A stretch of 64,000 nucleotides of DNA, from contig NMRA01000022.1 of assembly GCA_002633005.1 (NCBI GenBank), forward strand, positions 1,431,366-1,495,365, read 5' to 3'. This stretch comes from Phoronis australis (Eukaryota; Animalia; Phoronida). The translations under genes were made by a program, and so were the position numbers. How positions within the stretch are numbered: position 1 is the stretch's first letter; the number at the start of each line of letters is the position of its first letter. A model generated the notes under the pieces. It ran no database searches and had not been told where the DNA came from. It saw only the letters and a program-made list of their open reading frames with translations. Shown in pieces: positions 13,467 through 26,439 of this stretch.

Positions 13467-14630
13467 AAAGCCGGCAACGCAGTGATTTATTCATTGCTGG
13501 CTTCTAAAACATTGATTTTGCACTCACGAACACTCCAAAGGCATTTCAAATTGTATCTAATGAGACTGACATTGTTTCAGTTTTAAGCATTGGTTAGGTT
13601 GAGAATAATTCATTTTTAAACAGAATGCACAATAATAAACGTCAACGTGGCAACTCGCAATCCCGACTTAGACGAGTGCTTATCCGACGAAAATTTCACA
13701 GGTCGATCGTTGGATTTAACAGCCTATCAGTTCGAACCGGAATACACTGATCTAGAAATATTAGAGAGGCGCCGTGAACGTGCACACAACGGAACATACA
13801 TGTATGGATAGTTCCGAAAACCGTTTGAAAGACTGGCTTCGCATGGTGTCCGTGCGCTAACTGCACGATAATGGAAACGACTGACACTTGTACATGTATT
13901 TGCTGCCGCGAAATTCCGCAAGTGAAACGCATTCTTGGAGAAGCCCAGATGTGTCTCACGGACCATCATGATTTTGCACCGCATATGTAAACAGAGGTGT
14001 GCTTAAAACATTTTTAGTGCTGGGAAAACTGGCGAAAACATCCTACACCCAGAGGACCAAAAAGAAGCCAAACAGATTATATAAAACGTCATGTTCTCAT
14101 GCCTTGAATATTTAATAACGTCAATTATTCTTTCAGATCAATGACGAATCAACTGTTAGTCCCTGTTAGTGCATAGGATCAGGCTATGCTTGATATTAAT
14201 ATTCTTGATCAACAAATTAAACCAGATGTGACTAATTGCACATGACAGCCACCACTGTCGAATATGTCTTCAACTCGTCAACAATACGAACAGATGACAT
14301 GGTTCGCGTAGAAAGTATTTTGATCAACAATTTACAAGAAAAAACGTAACCCTGCATTCAGCGTAATACCTAATCCGTAACACTACGATCGCCGCAATTT
14401 GGTCCATATTTACTTTTAATGTTTCGAACCTAGTTTTCCGAAAAAAATTAAACCCTTTTGTCAGACAACTATTTGGCGCCATAACTTGTTCTCTAATGAA
14501 ATTTTCTACGTCTCTGTGGTTAATTGTCGACACATTATTAAAATTTAATATCCAGGTTGGACTCGAAAGACCGGCTATTTAACTCACGCAATGTTAACTT
14601 GTTTATCGCAGTGAGCCTCGCCTTGGATTT
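13467..14630 (+). mobile_element. Degenerate Kolobok-type fragment with a KolX / P2X7-C-terminal-like Cys-rich remnant
   Basis: AYQFEPEY near 13722 and WCPCANCTIMETTDTCTCICCREIP...CLTDHHDF from 13844. Homology with the paralog-3 intron breaks at ~13465 (ctaa|ag). The right end is uncertain. Confidence 0.6.
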
Positions 14631-14993
14631 TAATGTCCGCCGCGTGAATTGGGTCTATACATGTATGTCACAAGCACTTCTCTGGCTAGGAGGCCATGGA
14701 TCAAAAACCTACTCAGCTTTTTGCAACATATAAACTGAATAAATGAGAGATGAAAATACTGGGAAGACAAGCGCACTTTTAAGTATATTTGGGTTAGTAC
14801 ACGCATACCGATATTGCTTTTATTCAGACAATTCATTGTTAAGAATATGTGGTCGTGTGTGTTTAATTATAAAATGTAAAAATATGTGTGACGCTCGTTA
14901 ATTTATGAAATGTATTAGGGAAGCTGCAATCCCACACTTTCAGTCAGGTAGAAAAAGTGATATGCGGGTGGTATTTCTGTTCATATTTTCTAG

Positions 14994-15595
14994 GCATTCA
15001 CTATACTGGCATTCTGCGCATCAGACCGCTTAACAGCCACAAAGCTTTCGTCGTGATCTGCGAAGAAGGGTGGACGGTTATCCAGCGAAGATTCAATGGA
15101 AGCGTCGATTTTAACAGAAGCTGGGTTGACTATAAAAATGGTTTTGGAGAACTCGAAGGAGAGCTGTGGCTTGGCAACGACAACATTTACTTCATCACTC
15201 AGCAGGCTCAATATAAAATACAATACGTGATGACCACATGGAATGACATTAGTGTAACACGTGAACATACTTCATTCGCAACAGCCAATGAGGAAAAGAA
15301 ATACAAATTATTCATATCTGCGAATAGTGTTTCAGATCCTGGAACTTCGATGAACCAACTCAACGGAACTCATTTTTCGACAATAGACCACGATAATGAT
15401 GAAAGTAAAAGTAAAAATTGCGCAAAACTTAAATTTGGTGGATGGTGGTTTAAAGAGTGTGCACGGGTAGCCTTAAATAATCTTTATCCCACGGGCGGGA
15501 CTTGCACGGCCAATAACAACCAATGCATGAAATATTACGCGTTAGGAAAACAGGTACTTTTGAAACGTTCAGTTGTCAAAATACAGAAGGTTTAG
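14994..15595 (+). CDS. PAN-FReD paralog 2, exon 3 (FReD); spliced product 307 aa
   Basis: Acceptor ttttctAG at 14992-14993. Motifs GWTVIQRRFNGSVDF, YKNGFG, GELWLGND, FSTIDHDND, GGWWFKEC. Exon lengths 297+25+602 = 924 nt give one open frame. Confidence 0.92.
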
Positions 15596-16184
15596 TATTC
15601 ATTTTTGCAGGGTCGCGAAAATCACGTATGGTTTTCTCGTAAATAACAATTGAAAGTATAACTGAACGACGACATTGTGTTTTGAGCAGTATTAATTGCA
15701 TCGCTTGAGCTTGACACCCTGCAACACCACCAAAAACTGCGAAATAAAGTTTGGCTTCTATAACTGATGTCAGCAAAATAATAATGGGGTAGAAGTTTTA
15801 GAAGATCGGAGCTGCGTTCCGCAACGCAAGGTGATTCGCGGGGCAATGACAGGCACTCTCGTAATTTCTCGTGGTCTTGTGTGACCTCGACTAACTTGGT
15901 ACAAATTAGAGTTACGGAACGCCTGTGTGTTTGAAGTACATGTAAGAACACTATGAGGAATATCCAACATGTTCTCAAAGATGACGACACCGTATAACGT
16001 TGGGTACACTTGACTGACCTCGCCGCTACCGCCGTATCCACCGGAATAGACATGCAATTGGTTCTCGATGCTAAGACATCTGTGGGCAGATGTCTTAGCA
16101 GGTTTATCCGACAGAAGCTAATCAAGAGCAGTCATTGTAGATTATAGTTCACCAACAGAACCAGGGTAAATTTTAATTTTTTAA

Positions 16185-17053
16185 GCCTTTATGGCAAGTC
16201 TTTGCCTTTAGCTAGACATATCTTCTAAAACAGCTGTTTGCATGCTCACTGCTTTCATTTTAATTCCACAATATGTTAAATGTCATTATTTAATTTCATT
16301 AATACCTCTATTACGGTCTTATTTTTTGTGTTCATTTTGTGATGCCCAATTCAGCCTAAACTGTTTTAGCCAGTCACGAGCTTTGACTTTTTACCAATTG
16401 ATGGTAGAAAGAAACGTTTGAAAACGTCCAGATGTTTGATCTGCAGGTTATTAATTGGCACTATTTTAAGGGTGTTCCACACAGTTTTAATTTTTCGATG
16501 AAGCTTTTAAATCTTGAATTTTGTATTCTGTTCTTTGTCTACTACAAATCTGCATACATGTATAGTGGGGTCGCCCAATTAGCTTTTCCGTTAAGGGTGT
16601 GTGAACAGGGCACCTCGGATAAAAATGCGAAACTAACATAGCTAACTGAAAAGCCATTTACAAATAAATCATCGCTTGCAGTCTTTCTGAAAACAGTATC
16701 AGTGAACAGCGTCACTTCTGAATTTTAACGGCTGTAGTTGTAATTCCTGGTTTATTTACTTTCGGAATACCATATCTGATATACTGTATTTATTAGCAAC
16801 AAGAAGCTGTAAATAATATTATGTGAATCCATCCAATGCGTTGTAGTTGTGACTTACTTTCCAACATCCGGGAAACTGAAGAGTCAGATTCTCCGCCAAT
16901 GAGAATGGATACTGACCGACAGCAGTGTTACAATGTACATCTAAACGAGGAAAGAACTAGAGCTAATTTATGCAGGAAGGAAAGGGAATATATTTACTGT
17001 CAGATTTCACACACAATCAACATTAGCTCCAAAGAGCTATTTTATGACAAACA
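16185..17053 (+). repeat. ~870-bp non-coding segment with an inverted diverged copy at ~32633-33494
   Basis: Collinear matches throughout. Spurious ORFs 16836..17069(+) and 32619..32843(-) translate almost identically. Confidence 0.8.
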
Positions 17054-18794
17054 TGAGTACAAGCTATAGCTTGTGCGACTAATAGCTGAGGTTTAATTTG
17101 ATTAGTATCTCGTTCACGTTGGAAGATTGGTGACCACTGGCAACGAAAATGTCCTGATCTGTTTCTTAACGAACAACTAAGGGCCTTTTATATGGCCATT
17201 TCCTATGCCTAGTTTAGAATCTCCGCTGGACTCAAACTTCCTTACTATTAAGGGAATTTTACCACATGCATGGAGATTATGCAGCAACCATCTATGTCTA
17301 ACCACTAGCGGATTGTTGCTATTCCGTCATAATACATGTTATTGCAATTTTCATCAAAGATGTCCACACTACCAAAGTCAACGCCGGCGTCAGGATCTGC
17401 TATTGTCAATAGGTCTTCAACTTATCCTACACCGTTCCGTATTCTTAATGTGCTTTTGTCGTTTGACGTGGCAGGGCGAAATTTGATTCCGTCCAGTCAT
17501 TCTTCATGTCATCTACACTTTAAACCGATAAACTTTGAATACAATGCTTAGTTTATCTGGCGTGGTGGCATCGACATGACAACAACTCGAGCTCCGAAAC
17601 AGTGGCCGTTCACTAAAAACGAGACCATAACCTCATTTGATAGCTGGAGGCGTAATTTGCTGTACATCCTCTCATTTGCCCCTCACTTTGCGCTATTTCT
17701 TGTCGACGGCATTACTTGGCTCAAGAAAACTGCCACTGCTTCACTACGTAGTCTGACCGACGACCCCGAAGACACCCCAAAACCGCAGCGGCGTTCTGCT
17801 TACATGAAACTGGCTCATTTAGAACTCATGCTCAAACAAATTGCTAATTTTTGGACAGTCATATCACGTAATTTTTTTCTGAAGTCATTCACCTCCGTCC
17901 AGGCTTCACGTCCACAGGAGCACACTTTTTAGACCTGGGAATCGTATCACGAGATCCCTGTGAACGTCCTGAAGAACTATTCCAGCGCCTCACTGCTTTT
18001 TTCGAGGACAACTTACTTACCGTTGGGTTTGGCATAACGCATAATGGCGAAGCTATCGACATCGCCAAAGACATGAATCCCTTCCTCATAAATACAACGG
18101 TATTTTTATGGTTACAGCTGATCAACCCTTGTCTACCCCAACTTCTTAAGTAACGATACGGCGCGGAGTTGCGTACCAAGTCCCTCGCCTGCATCAAGAC
18201 TGACATTTCTTAGGCATGAACTCACTATTTGAAGAGCTTAGGTGCGTCGAGAACACCCGTTCCAGCTCTATGACAAACCCCCCTCGCCGCCGTAGAGCCC
18301 CGCCGTGCGTCTTATGCACCACCGCTCTCCGCACTCCCTCAGACCACTTCTTGTCTCGGTGCCTGTTCTTCCCGCCTGGTGACAAGCGCACTTTTCTCAA
18401 AGCACGGTCCACCGTCCTTGACGACGGCACTGAGGACTGGTCCCCACAAGACACAACATCTTAAGACCAGTACTATTCTGATTCCGCTGTCGAACTTCCC
18501 ATCCACATAGTCCAGTCTCCTTATCTCGACACGTTTGTTGGTCAAACCGCCGTACGGTTGACTGTGGTGCGACAGGAAACATGATTAGAGCATCGTGCGC
18601 ATGTTCGTTGGGCGCCAAAGTTAGTAAAAATTCCCAAACCGCCTTCCAGGCCGATGGTACATTTACTCTACAGGTTGTGGGGGAAACTCGTCTTGTATTC
18701 ACACGTGACAAATATTCCTTCGTTTTCGACAGTCTTGTTATCGAGTCCCTTGACTTAGACGTATTGGCAGCAACCCCATTTATGACTTACAATG

Positions 18795-19089
18795 AACAGC
18801 TTGTTATCTAATTATTATTTTGAACTTTTCTTACACTCACCATAGCCAGAGTACAAATACAAATAAAAATGAGTACAAGTGGACCTGCCAAGGTGGGAAT
18901 TATGTATGAACACTGCTCACAATAGTCTATCTACATAACTTTAAACAAAGCTTGAGTCGCCCCTACTGGTGAACCCGCATTTGTGGTTACGCCTCTTTAA
19001 AAAGTTAAAACTGCCGAGGTGGGTCCATCTGGACCTGCAGGGAAGGGTCCTCCTGTTGCAGTGGTGTACACCCGTCGTGATGGGTCCAG

Positions 19090-19150
<61 letters not shown>

Positions 19151-19491
19151 TTGACTCACCTTGATGGGTCTATCTATATAAATACCCATCACGATGGGTC
19201 CACTTATAATTGGAGCCGTCACGACAGCTTCAGACCCATCACTGCGGGTCACGCTATATAAATATAACTGGACCCGTCGTGACTGGTCCAGTTTATAGAT
19301 AGACCCATCCCGAATTTGGTGTACCCAGTTACAAAGAGAGACTTCGCTGATCAACATTTACCGTCAGGTGTACCGACATATGATCATATTTTACATAGAA
19401 ACATATATATTTATGTATGTGTCCCCATTTTTGTCCTTGAAAAGCAAAATTTTATTAGATAAGAAAGGTTAAAATTAAGTAAGAAGCTGTT
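18795..19491. mobile_element. 697-bp non-autonomous TIR element with 4-bp TSD (AATG), nested in Gypsy pol
   Basis: TIRs aacagcttgttatctaatt / aattaagtaagaagctgtt. AATG at 18791-18794 and 19492-19495. Removing the element restores MTYNDISVRPA. Confidence 0.8.
19092..19148. repeat. (TA)n microsatellite
   Basis: Uninterrupted TA run. Confidence 0.97.
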
Positions 19492-21111
19492 AATGACATT
19501 TCAGTACGACCTGCTTGCAAGGTTATCATGGTGTGTGATCGATCTACATACAGTACACCAATGGCCAACCCGTCAAACCAATACCCACGATCCACAACAC
19601 GGTTGTCCAGCAACAGTCATATGGCCTGGTGGTTGTCTTAAGTTCACCAATCCTGAAGAAGGAAGAAGGTCTTGCCATCAAACCTCGCACCGACAGCATT
19701 AGTCTCCGCTCTACAGGTGTTTCCCAGGAATGGCCACAACCCGCCATTCTTGGCCTGACTGATAGCAAGATTCGCTTATTCAAAAACACCGATGAACCAC
19801 GAGCTTTGCGAAGAGATGAACAGTTTTGCCAGGTGCATGCCGTGTTCACTCCTCCAGAGGTTCCAGTAGGGTCCTCGACAGCCACCCAGTGTACCCCATC
19901 AACCCAATTACCTTGGATCACCATCGTTTTGCCGCCTTTGATCCCGACAACATTTTGCATGCTGCGGATCGGGACAGGTTCCACGCCCTGTATCGCGAAT
20001 TTGCTCACGTATTTGATCCGCAATACCTGGGTACAATGACGCCGTAAGACCGTTCGAGGCAATTATCAACATCGTTCCTGCGCAACCTCCACAGCGAAAC
20101 GGTCGCCTTCCCCAATACTCCAAGGACAAGCTTCTGGTATTGCAATGAAAATTCAACGAACTGGAGCTTCTGGGAGTATTCGCCCGTCCAGGGGATGTTG
20201 GTATTACAGTAGAATATGTTAATCCTCCGTTTCTAATCAATAAACCCACGGAGGTTTTCGTTTAGTTAAAGCATTGTCAGTTGTTGGCTGATATGCCAAG
20301 CCCCAACCATCTCTCATGCCTGACGTAGATTCCGTGCTTAGGAAGATTGCTCTATGGAAGTTCATCATCAAAACTGATTTTACGAATGCCTTTTGTCAAA
20401 TTCCTTTGTCACGATATCCCATGAAATATTGTGGCATATCCACACCTTTCCGAGGTTTCCGTGTCTGCGCACGTTGCGCCATGGGTATGCCCGGTTTGGA
20501 AACTGCTTTGGAAGAGTTGACGTGTCATGTATTGAGCGAACTTTTGGAAGAAGGAGCTGCCACCAAGCTTTGCTACTGTGGTGGTCAAAATATCACAGAT
20601 TTGATTACCAACTGGAAAAAGGAGCTGTCTACATTGTCCACAGCCGATTTTCGTCTGTCCTCTACAAAGACAGTCATAGTCACGCGACGCACAGAAGTCC
20701 TTGACTGGATTTGGGTGATGGGTACATTACAAGGTAGCTCACGTCCGATAGCTGCTCTCTAGTCTTGTCTCAAACCTGGTACTATTCGACAAATGAGTTC
20801 CTTCATCGAATCTTGAAAGCTATGTTGAGAGTCGTGCATCTTTCATCGCCCCACTGGACACCGCTATATCTGGGTGCAAATCAAAAGACCGCATTACCTG
20901 GACCGATGAGTTACGTGTTGCCTTCACCTCGGCCCAAAAGCCATTGCCCACGCATAAAACAATCACTCTACCCCGACCAGACGACCAGATATGGATAGTC
21001 GCGGACGCCTCTACGAAACACCCAAGCATCGCTGGTACACTATATCTCTCTCATGAGTACACGCCACCTGTCTGCGGCCTCGTCAGCGCGAAACTGAAAT
21101 CACGACAGGTT

Positions 21112-21350
21112 GCTTAAAAATAAGGCGGTCTGGTACACGTTGTACCAGACGTGGGCAGGCAGCACAATTGGGCTCAGTGCACTGATCACTTGGGGCTATT
21201 TTTGTGTTTTATTAATACATTGTTAAAACCGAGCTGAGGAGCTAGAATGCTGACTAAATGGTCTAGCAGTGTGGCTTGGTGGTACTTGAACCCACGACCT
21301 CGAGTAATGACGGCGGGCACCCAGCACACAAGGCCACACTGCCTCCTGCA
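21112..21350 (-). mobile_element. tRNA-derived SINE with 7-bp TSD, nested in Gypsy RNase H
   Basis: The minus strand starts GGAGGCAGTGTGGCCTTGTG (A-box-like) and has GGTTCAAGTACC (B-box, 21281-21292). ACAGGTT is duplicated at 21105-21111 and 21351-21357. Removal restores [15 protein letters not shown]. Confidence 0.82.
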
Positions 21351-23160
21351 ACAGGTTACTTGGCTCCCATGTGAAATTGAGGCTCTCGCCATGGCTGCCT
21401 CCGTGAAACATTTTAGCCCCTATCTGATTCAGTCAATACAACCTGCTATCATACTTACAGACAGCAAGCCTTGTGTACAAGCTTTCGAGAAACTCTGCAG
21501 AGGCGACCTTTCAGTAAATCTTCGTCCGTTTCTCGCTATCATGCTATAGGTCGCCAAGTATCTGGTGCCACTAACATCGTGTTTGACTTCGCAAGTCGCC
21601 AAAGCCCAGAGTGCACCGACGTTTCTTGCCAATTGTGCCTTTTCGTGAACGCTCTGGAAGACTATGTAGTGCTCCGTGTGACTGCTGCCGCGTTCCTTCA
21701 GGGAGACCACAAATTTCCCTTCACCACGAGGTCATCCTGGTTATTCATTCAGTCCGAGTCTCCCGAGTTACGACGAATACACTCTCATCTCACCCAAGGG
21801 ACACGGCCCTCAAAGAACATAGTTAACCAATGGTCGAGATGTTAAACGACTAATGGACAAGCCTCTCGTTGCTCGTGAAGAACGCATCATCGTTCCACAT
21901 ACCATCTTGGACGACCTACTCACGGTACTTCACTTATGGTTAGACCACCCCACCTCCCATCCGTTGAGACTCGTCACCCAACGATACTTCTCTGCACTGA
22001 TTTAAACTCTGCCATAGACCGTTGCACAAGCATGTACCATCAATGTTGTTCAATGCGCTCTTTCTCCAAAACCAGGACCCTGCAGAGTATCTCCAATACA
22101 CCTGCCGCCGTTGAGACGTCGTTAGCAGCTGACGCCATGAAGCACGAGCGACAGCTCCTATTGGTACTCCGAGAGTGCGTCTCTTCTGAGACAGCGGGCT
22201 TGTCTCATTGCTACTGAACGCCACGAGGATCTTCGAAATGGTCTTCTCCAAATTTCTCTAGACTTGTGCTCGTTAGATAGCCCTTACGCACTTATCCGTA
22301 CAGAACCGGGTTCAGGTTTCCAGGCCCTCCAAAAGGACAAACGCCTTGGACATTATCGCATTTCAATTGAGGTCGGACACATCAAGAATCCCATACATAA
22401 CCCTGTTACAGAGAAAGACATACAGGAGTTGCCACGGGAGTTACTGCGTGATCTGCATGGTACCGGCAATGTCAGTTCCTTACAGTTGGCAGTTCACCAG
22501 TTGTCAAATATCATTTCATGACAATTGTTGGTCTCTTCCCAACGACAACTGTGGTGCATCAACCATGGACCCAGTGCGCGATCTAAAGCTTTTTGGCCAA
22601 GCAGGCAGTAAAATGCAACGCATCTGTTGCCGACCTCGTTTACCTCTACTCCGACAGGGACGAGTACAGAGCCCGCCCACGATACCTCGTAGTTGTTTCC
22701 GATGGCGTTTGGTTGAGTGTTCGAAAAATTTCTTGTCGTGTCAAACGCAGTGAGTGTTACCGTGTTCCGTCAGAGGTTATTGACATTCCATCTGCATCAT
22801 CTGTCACTGTCCCATTGTGACTACAATGAGATCCCACTGCTTTCTGCTGTTCCCGTACTCGTTTCGTGGCTGTCTTTGTCCTGCGGTCCAGCTCCACGGT
22901 ACAGTGACAGTTTACGACCTTCACGTGACCCACTTGTCAACACACCGGTGCCACCCATCATCGTTCTTCCTGATGCATCTACCCAGAATGATTCTACGAC
23001 AACGCCTGCTGTTGAAGATCCCATCTTCCCTGATCATGGCACAGAGGAGTTCAGGAAGGTAGCACCACAAACCTCATTGGCAAACGGACAATTGGATTTA
23101 TGACTGATTCCACTTTTTACTGTGTTAACGTCTTTCGACGCCATAGTGACTGGAGATCTT

Positions 23161-24409
23161 ATTACTCTGCTGGTGTAAGTGCAGAGTTCTGTTTTTCCTT
23201 GTTTTTTTTTCAATTTTATTCTTATTCTTTTTCTTCTTATTCTTTTTCTTCCTATTCTTCTTCCGACCAACTTTGACACTTAATAACTCCAAACTGGGTG
23301 CAGGCTGTACGTTGTTTAAATTCACCATATGATTTTTGACAGTACATAAATTTTGATTCGTGATATAATCGTATTCCATATTGCACCGGATGAGGTCGTT
23401 TGGTGCAAAGGTCATATAATTTCCAAAATGCTACTACTTCATTTTTAAAGCTATCTTTTTCAAATTCGGTGCACAGGTATACGTCAACAAGGCAATTTAA
23501 ACAATTACTTTTCTAAGTAATCGGGTCATCCAATCAGGTTAAACAGGTCAAAGGGCATTAGGTGCTAACTAAAATTTTGAGCTAGACACTTCAAATTCAT
23601 AGGCCTGATTGGCACTAGTAATTCAATTCGGAATCCAAAGTTTCAGGTCATTTTGTGCAAACCTGGGGTCTTCTGAAAAATTGACCTTTTCATTCACCAA
23701 GTATTCTGATTTGTAAACCGTTAAACAACTGTGATTCTCAGCATTAAACACATTCTTCGTGGGCTTGCAATAATTCGCCTAAAGACGTTTATAAAGCACC
23801 GGATAGGGTCAATAAGAGCAAAGGTCATCTAACGTTCAAAATGTTATATCATACGTTTTTCAAGGAATTCTTTTCAATTTCAGCACACTTGTTAATTCAG
23901 CATGCCAATTAAAAATCCTACTTTACTACGCAATAGGCCTACCCAATCAGAAAAAATAGGTCAAAGGTCATTGAGTGCAAACTAAAATTTTGAGCTAGAG
24001 ACTTCAAAATTACATATCTGTTTATTAAATGCGACTGAGTTTGAATTCTAAATTTTCAGGTCATTTGGTGCTCCATGGGGTCATTAGGTGCATTTTTCTT
24101 TTGAAAGTTTGACCAATTCATTCATCTTGTATTCTGAAGTGCTTAAAGTAAAATATCTGTGATTCTTAGCATTAACTACACTTTAAATTCAGTTTACGAT
24201 TATTCCCTGATCGGGGTTCATAATGCACCGGAAGAGGACCATTAGCGGAAAGGTCATCAAAATATTAACATGTAATTTCTCCTACAATTTTAAGGAACTC
24301 CTTTTCATATTGGTAAACGGGTTGCTGTCAGTAACTTCCCGAAACAATTCCAGAAATACGCAAGCGCAGAGTCCATTATTGTCACGCTGTTACAATAACC
24401 TTTCTAGTT
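23161..24409 (-). mobile_element. Helentron-like non-autonomous element (HINE/DINE-like), copy A
   Basis: Reverse complement of the 26983-29326 units: AACTAG start, subterminal actctgcgc motif, internal ~420-bp repeats, (AAGAAT)n tract and terminal hairpin. Confidence 0.75.
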
Positions 24410-26439
24410 TCCTCTGTGTTTACTGTTTTTTGTGTTTAACTTTACCCGTTCCTCGTGTAAGTTAAGCTCATTTTCGGAAAATGTGAAAAAACGTTCGCAC
24501 ATCAAGATTTTTGATTGATTTAAATTAGTCATTTCGTTGCTGTTCAGCTGTCTATGTTGAATTATAAACAGAAGCACTCTGGGCTTAAAAACGTTACCAT
24601 GGTCGTTCGATCTTATTGTACATGTACATATGAACTAGCAAATCAAATCACAAGCAACAATGTGTACATGCCATTTTCTTCGAAATCACTCGTAATTACA
24701 GGGTTACCTAAATCCAATCAACTCTGAAACGTTTTATTGAGTCGCTGGTGAGTTCAATGTTGCTGTTGGCTAAGGACATGCAATCCTATCCACTGGTTCC
24801 ACTGGGAATTTGAAATGCGGGTCCAAATACAGTTGCCAGTCATTTACTAAATTTACTTTTTGGATCGGAATTGAAGCAATGACGTGTGACCTATGTCAAA
24901 TGATACACATTGACGTGTAGCTTTACGTTTCCACTCATTTTTCTTCGATCGTTTCACTTCCATTTTCTGGTTCACGGAAGTTAGGGTCGTCACCAGTGGC
25001 AGTAGTCGCAGGGGATATCATATTGTTACCGTTTCTGGAGTGCATTAAAAATGTAAGTGTTGTTGAAATTTGGCCTTACTTACCCTTAAGTCCACCACAA
25101 CTTCTCATTACCACGCAACGAATTTATTCTTCGAATAAGCATATTTCCCAGTTTTAAGACCCAAATCCTGGTCTTGTTCACAGCCGAAGCCGAAGGTATA
25201 CACGCGACATAGTTGTGGCTGACCTATTTTTCCCATGTACGAAAGTGCTTTAAGAGTGACTAGAGTAACTCAATATAACAGAAGTCCGCTTTTTGTTCCA
25301 TGCAAAAATAGTTCTTGAAAACATAGTCAACTTTAAACGCACCAAATTAGAAGTGCATTATTCTCGAGCGTCAATACATCATTCGGCCTATGCCTCACGC
25401 AAGTTTTTTGACAGGAAAATTTTCAATCGTTGTAGTTAAAAATTTTGAACTCCGCGAACAACTGGAGCGAACTTGCGCTTAGAAAAATCTAAATTAGTTT
25501 GCATCTTCAACGACTTTGATGACATTTGTACACTAGGTCAGTCCAAAAATGTTAGCATTTTTTTCAAAGTTTATTTTCTCCTATTTCAAATTACGCGCTT
25601 AGCTACTCCAATAAACGTTTCTATTAGAGAGTACGGATTTAAATGTCGTATCGGCAACTAGCCTTACCGTTACGGCTAATCCTTAGAACTTAGTGGTAGT
25701 GTACCTCAATTTCAATGGACTTGGGTCACCACGGCGAATTATTGGTTTAGCGGTTAATTGTTTTGGGGTAAACAAATGCCCAAAATTTTCAATATTTCAT
25801 TAGCTTATGCGTAGTATACTTTCGTTCAATTTAATTGCTCAAATATTTTGCGGGTCACAAGGACGGGCGGAGATACAAAATTCTGGTCTGACTCAAAATA
25901 ATTCCCGTAAAATAAATAAACTTAAAGTTAACACTGTCTATTTTGAGAACCAATGACATGTGAGACCGTGTGATTTAGTCGTGATTTGCGAGTTCGATTT
26001 ACTGTCTTCCAGTACTTCCAAGAACCGGGTCAAATTCATTTTTCTCATGACACCTGGAGGCGACTTCACATTCATAATTGTGATTGCCCACATTGAGATT
26101 CTGCCATGATGTGGTTGCCCCATGTCGAGACTTCTCCATATTGAGATTTTCAGGCATACTGCGTTCAAGTTAAATCGAAATTGCGATGAAATACAGGTAC
26201 CCAATTAAATATATTAACACTTTAATACAACCTGTAATGTGACAGATTACCTGTAAAACAAAAACACAAACCGAACGAATTAATCAAATGGGAGCCAATA
26301 TTATACTTTCATCAATATGACAGCCAAGATCCACGTCAATGTTGCCATGTTTGCAGCACCAAATTTGAGAATGCCTGAAAAGTCTGCATATACAGTTGTG
26401 TCTCAGCAGGGGTGCCTTCTGTAGACGCTAGCGTCTTTA

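Larger units (their letters stand above)
17576..23103 (+). mobile_element. Degenerate Ty3/Gypsy LTR retrotransposon internal region (gag-PR-RT-RNaseH-IN)
   Basis: Gag-like RAPKQWPFTKNETITSF; protease VDCGATGNMI (~18557); RT MPDVDSVLRKI..KTDFTNAFCQIPL; RNase [20 protein letters not shown]; integrase-like EPGSGFQAL..NPVTEKDIQEL, in Gypsy order. Many stops and frameshifts. PBS-like tggtggcatcg precedes the ATG; no LTR pair was recognised. Confidence 0.88.

Noticed and set aside
17100-17560. 5' LTR of the Gypsy element
   Set aside because: No matching 3' copy or polypurine tract was found after 23100.
19065-19325. CRISPR array
   Set aside because: Eukaryotic context, degenerate repeats, irregular short spacers, no cas genes, and it lies inside a TIR element.
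21270-21350. tRNA gene
   Set aside because: A/B boxes are present, but there is no full cloverleaf. It has an unrelated tail and a TSD, so it is a SINE.
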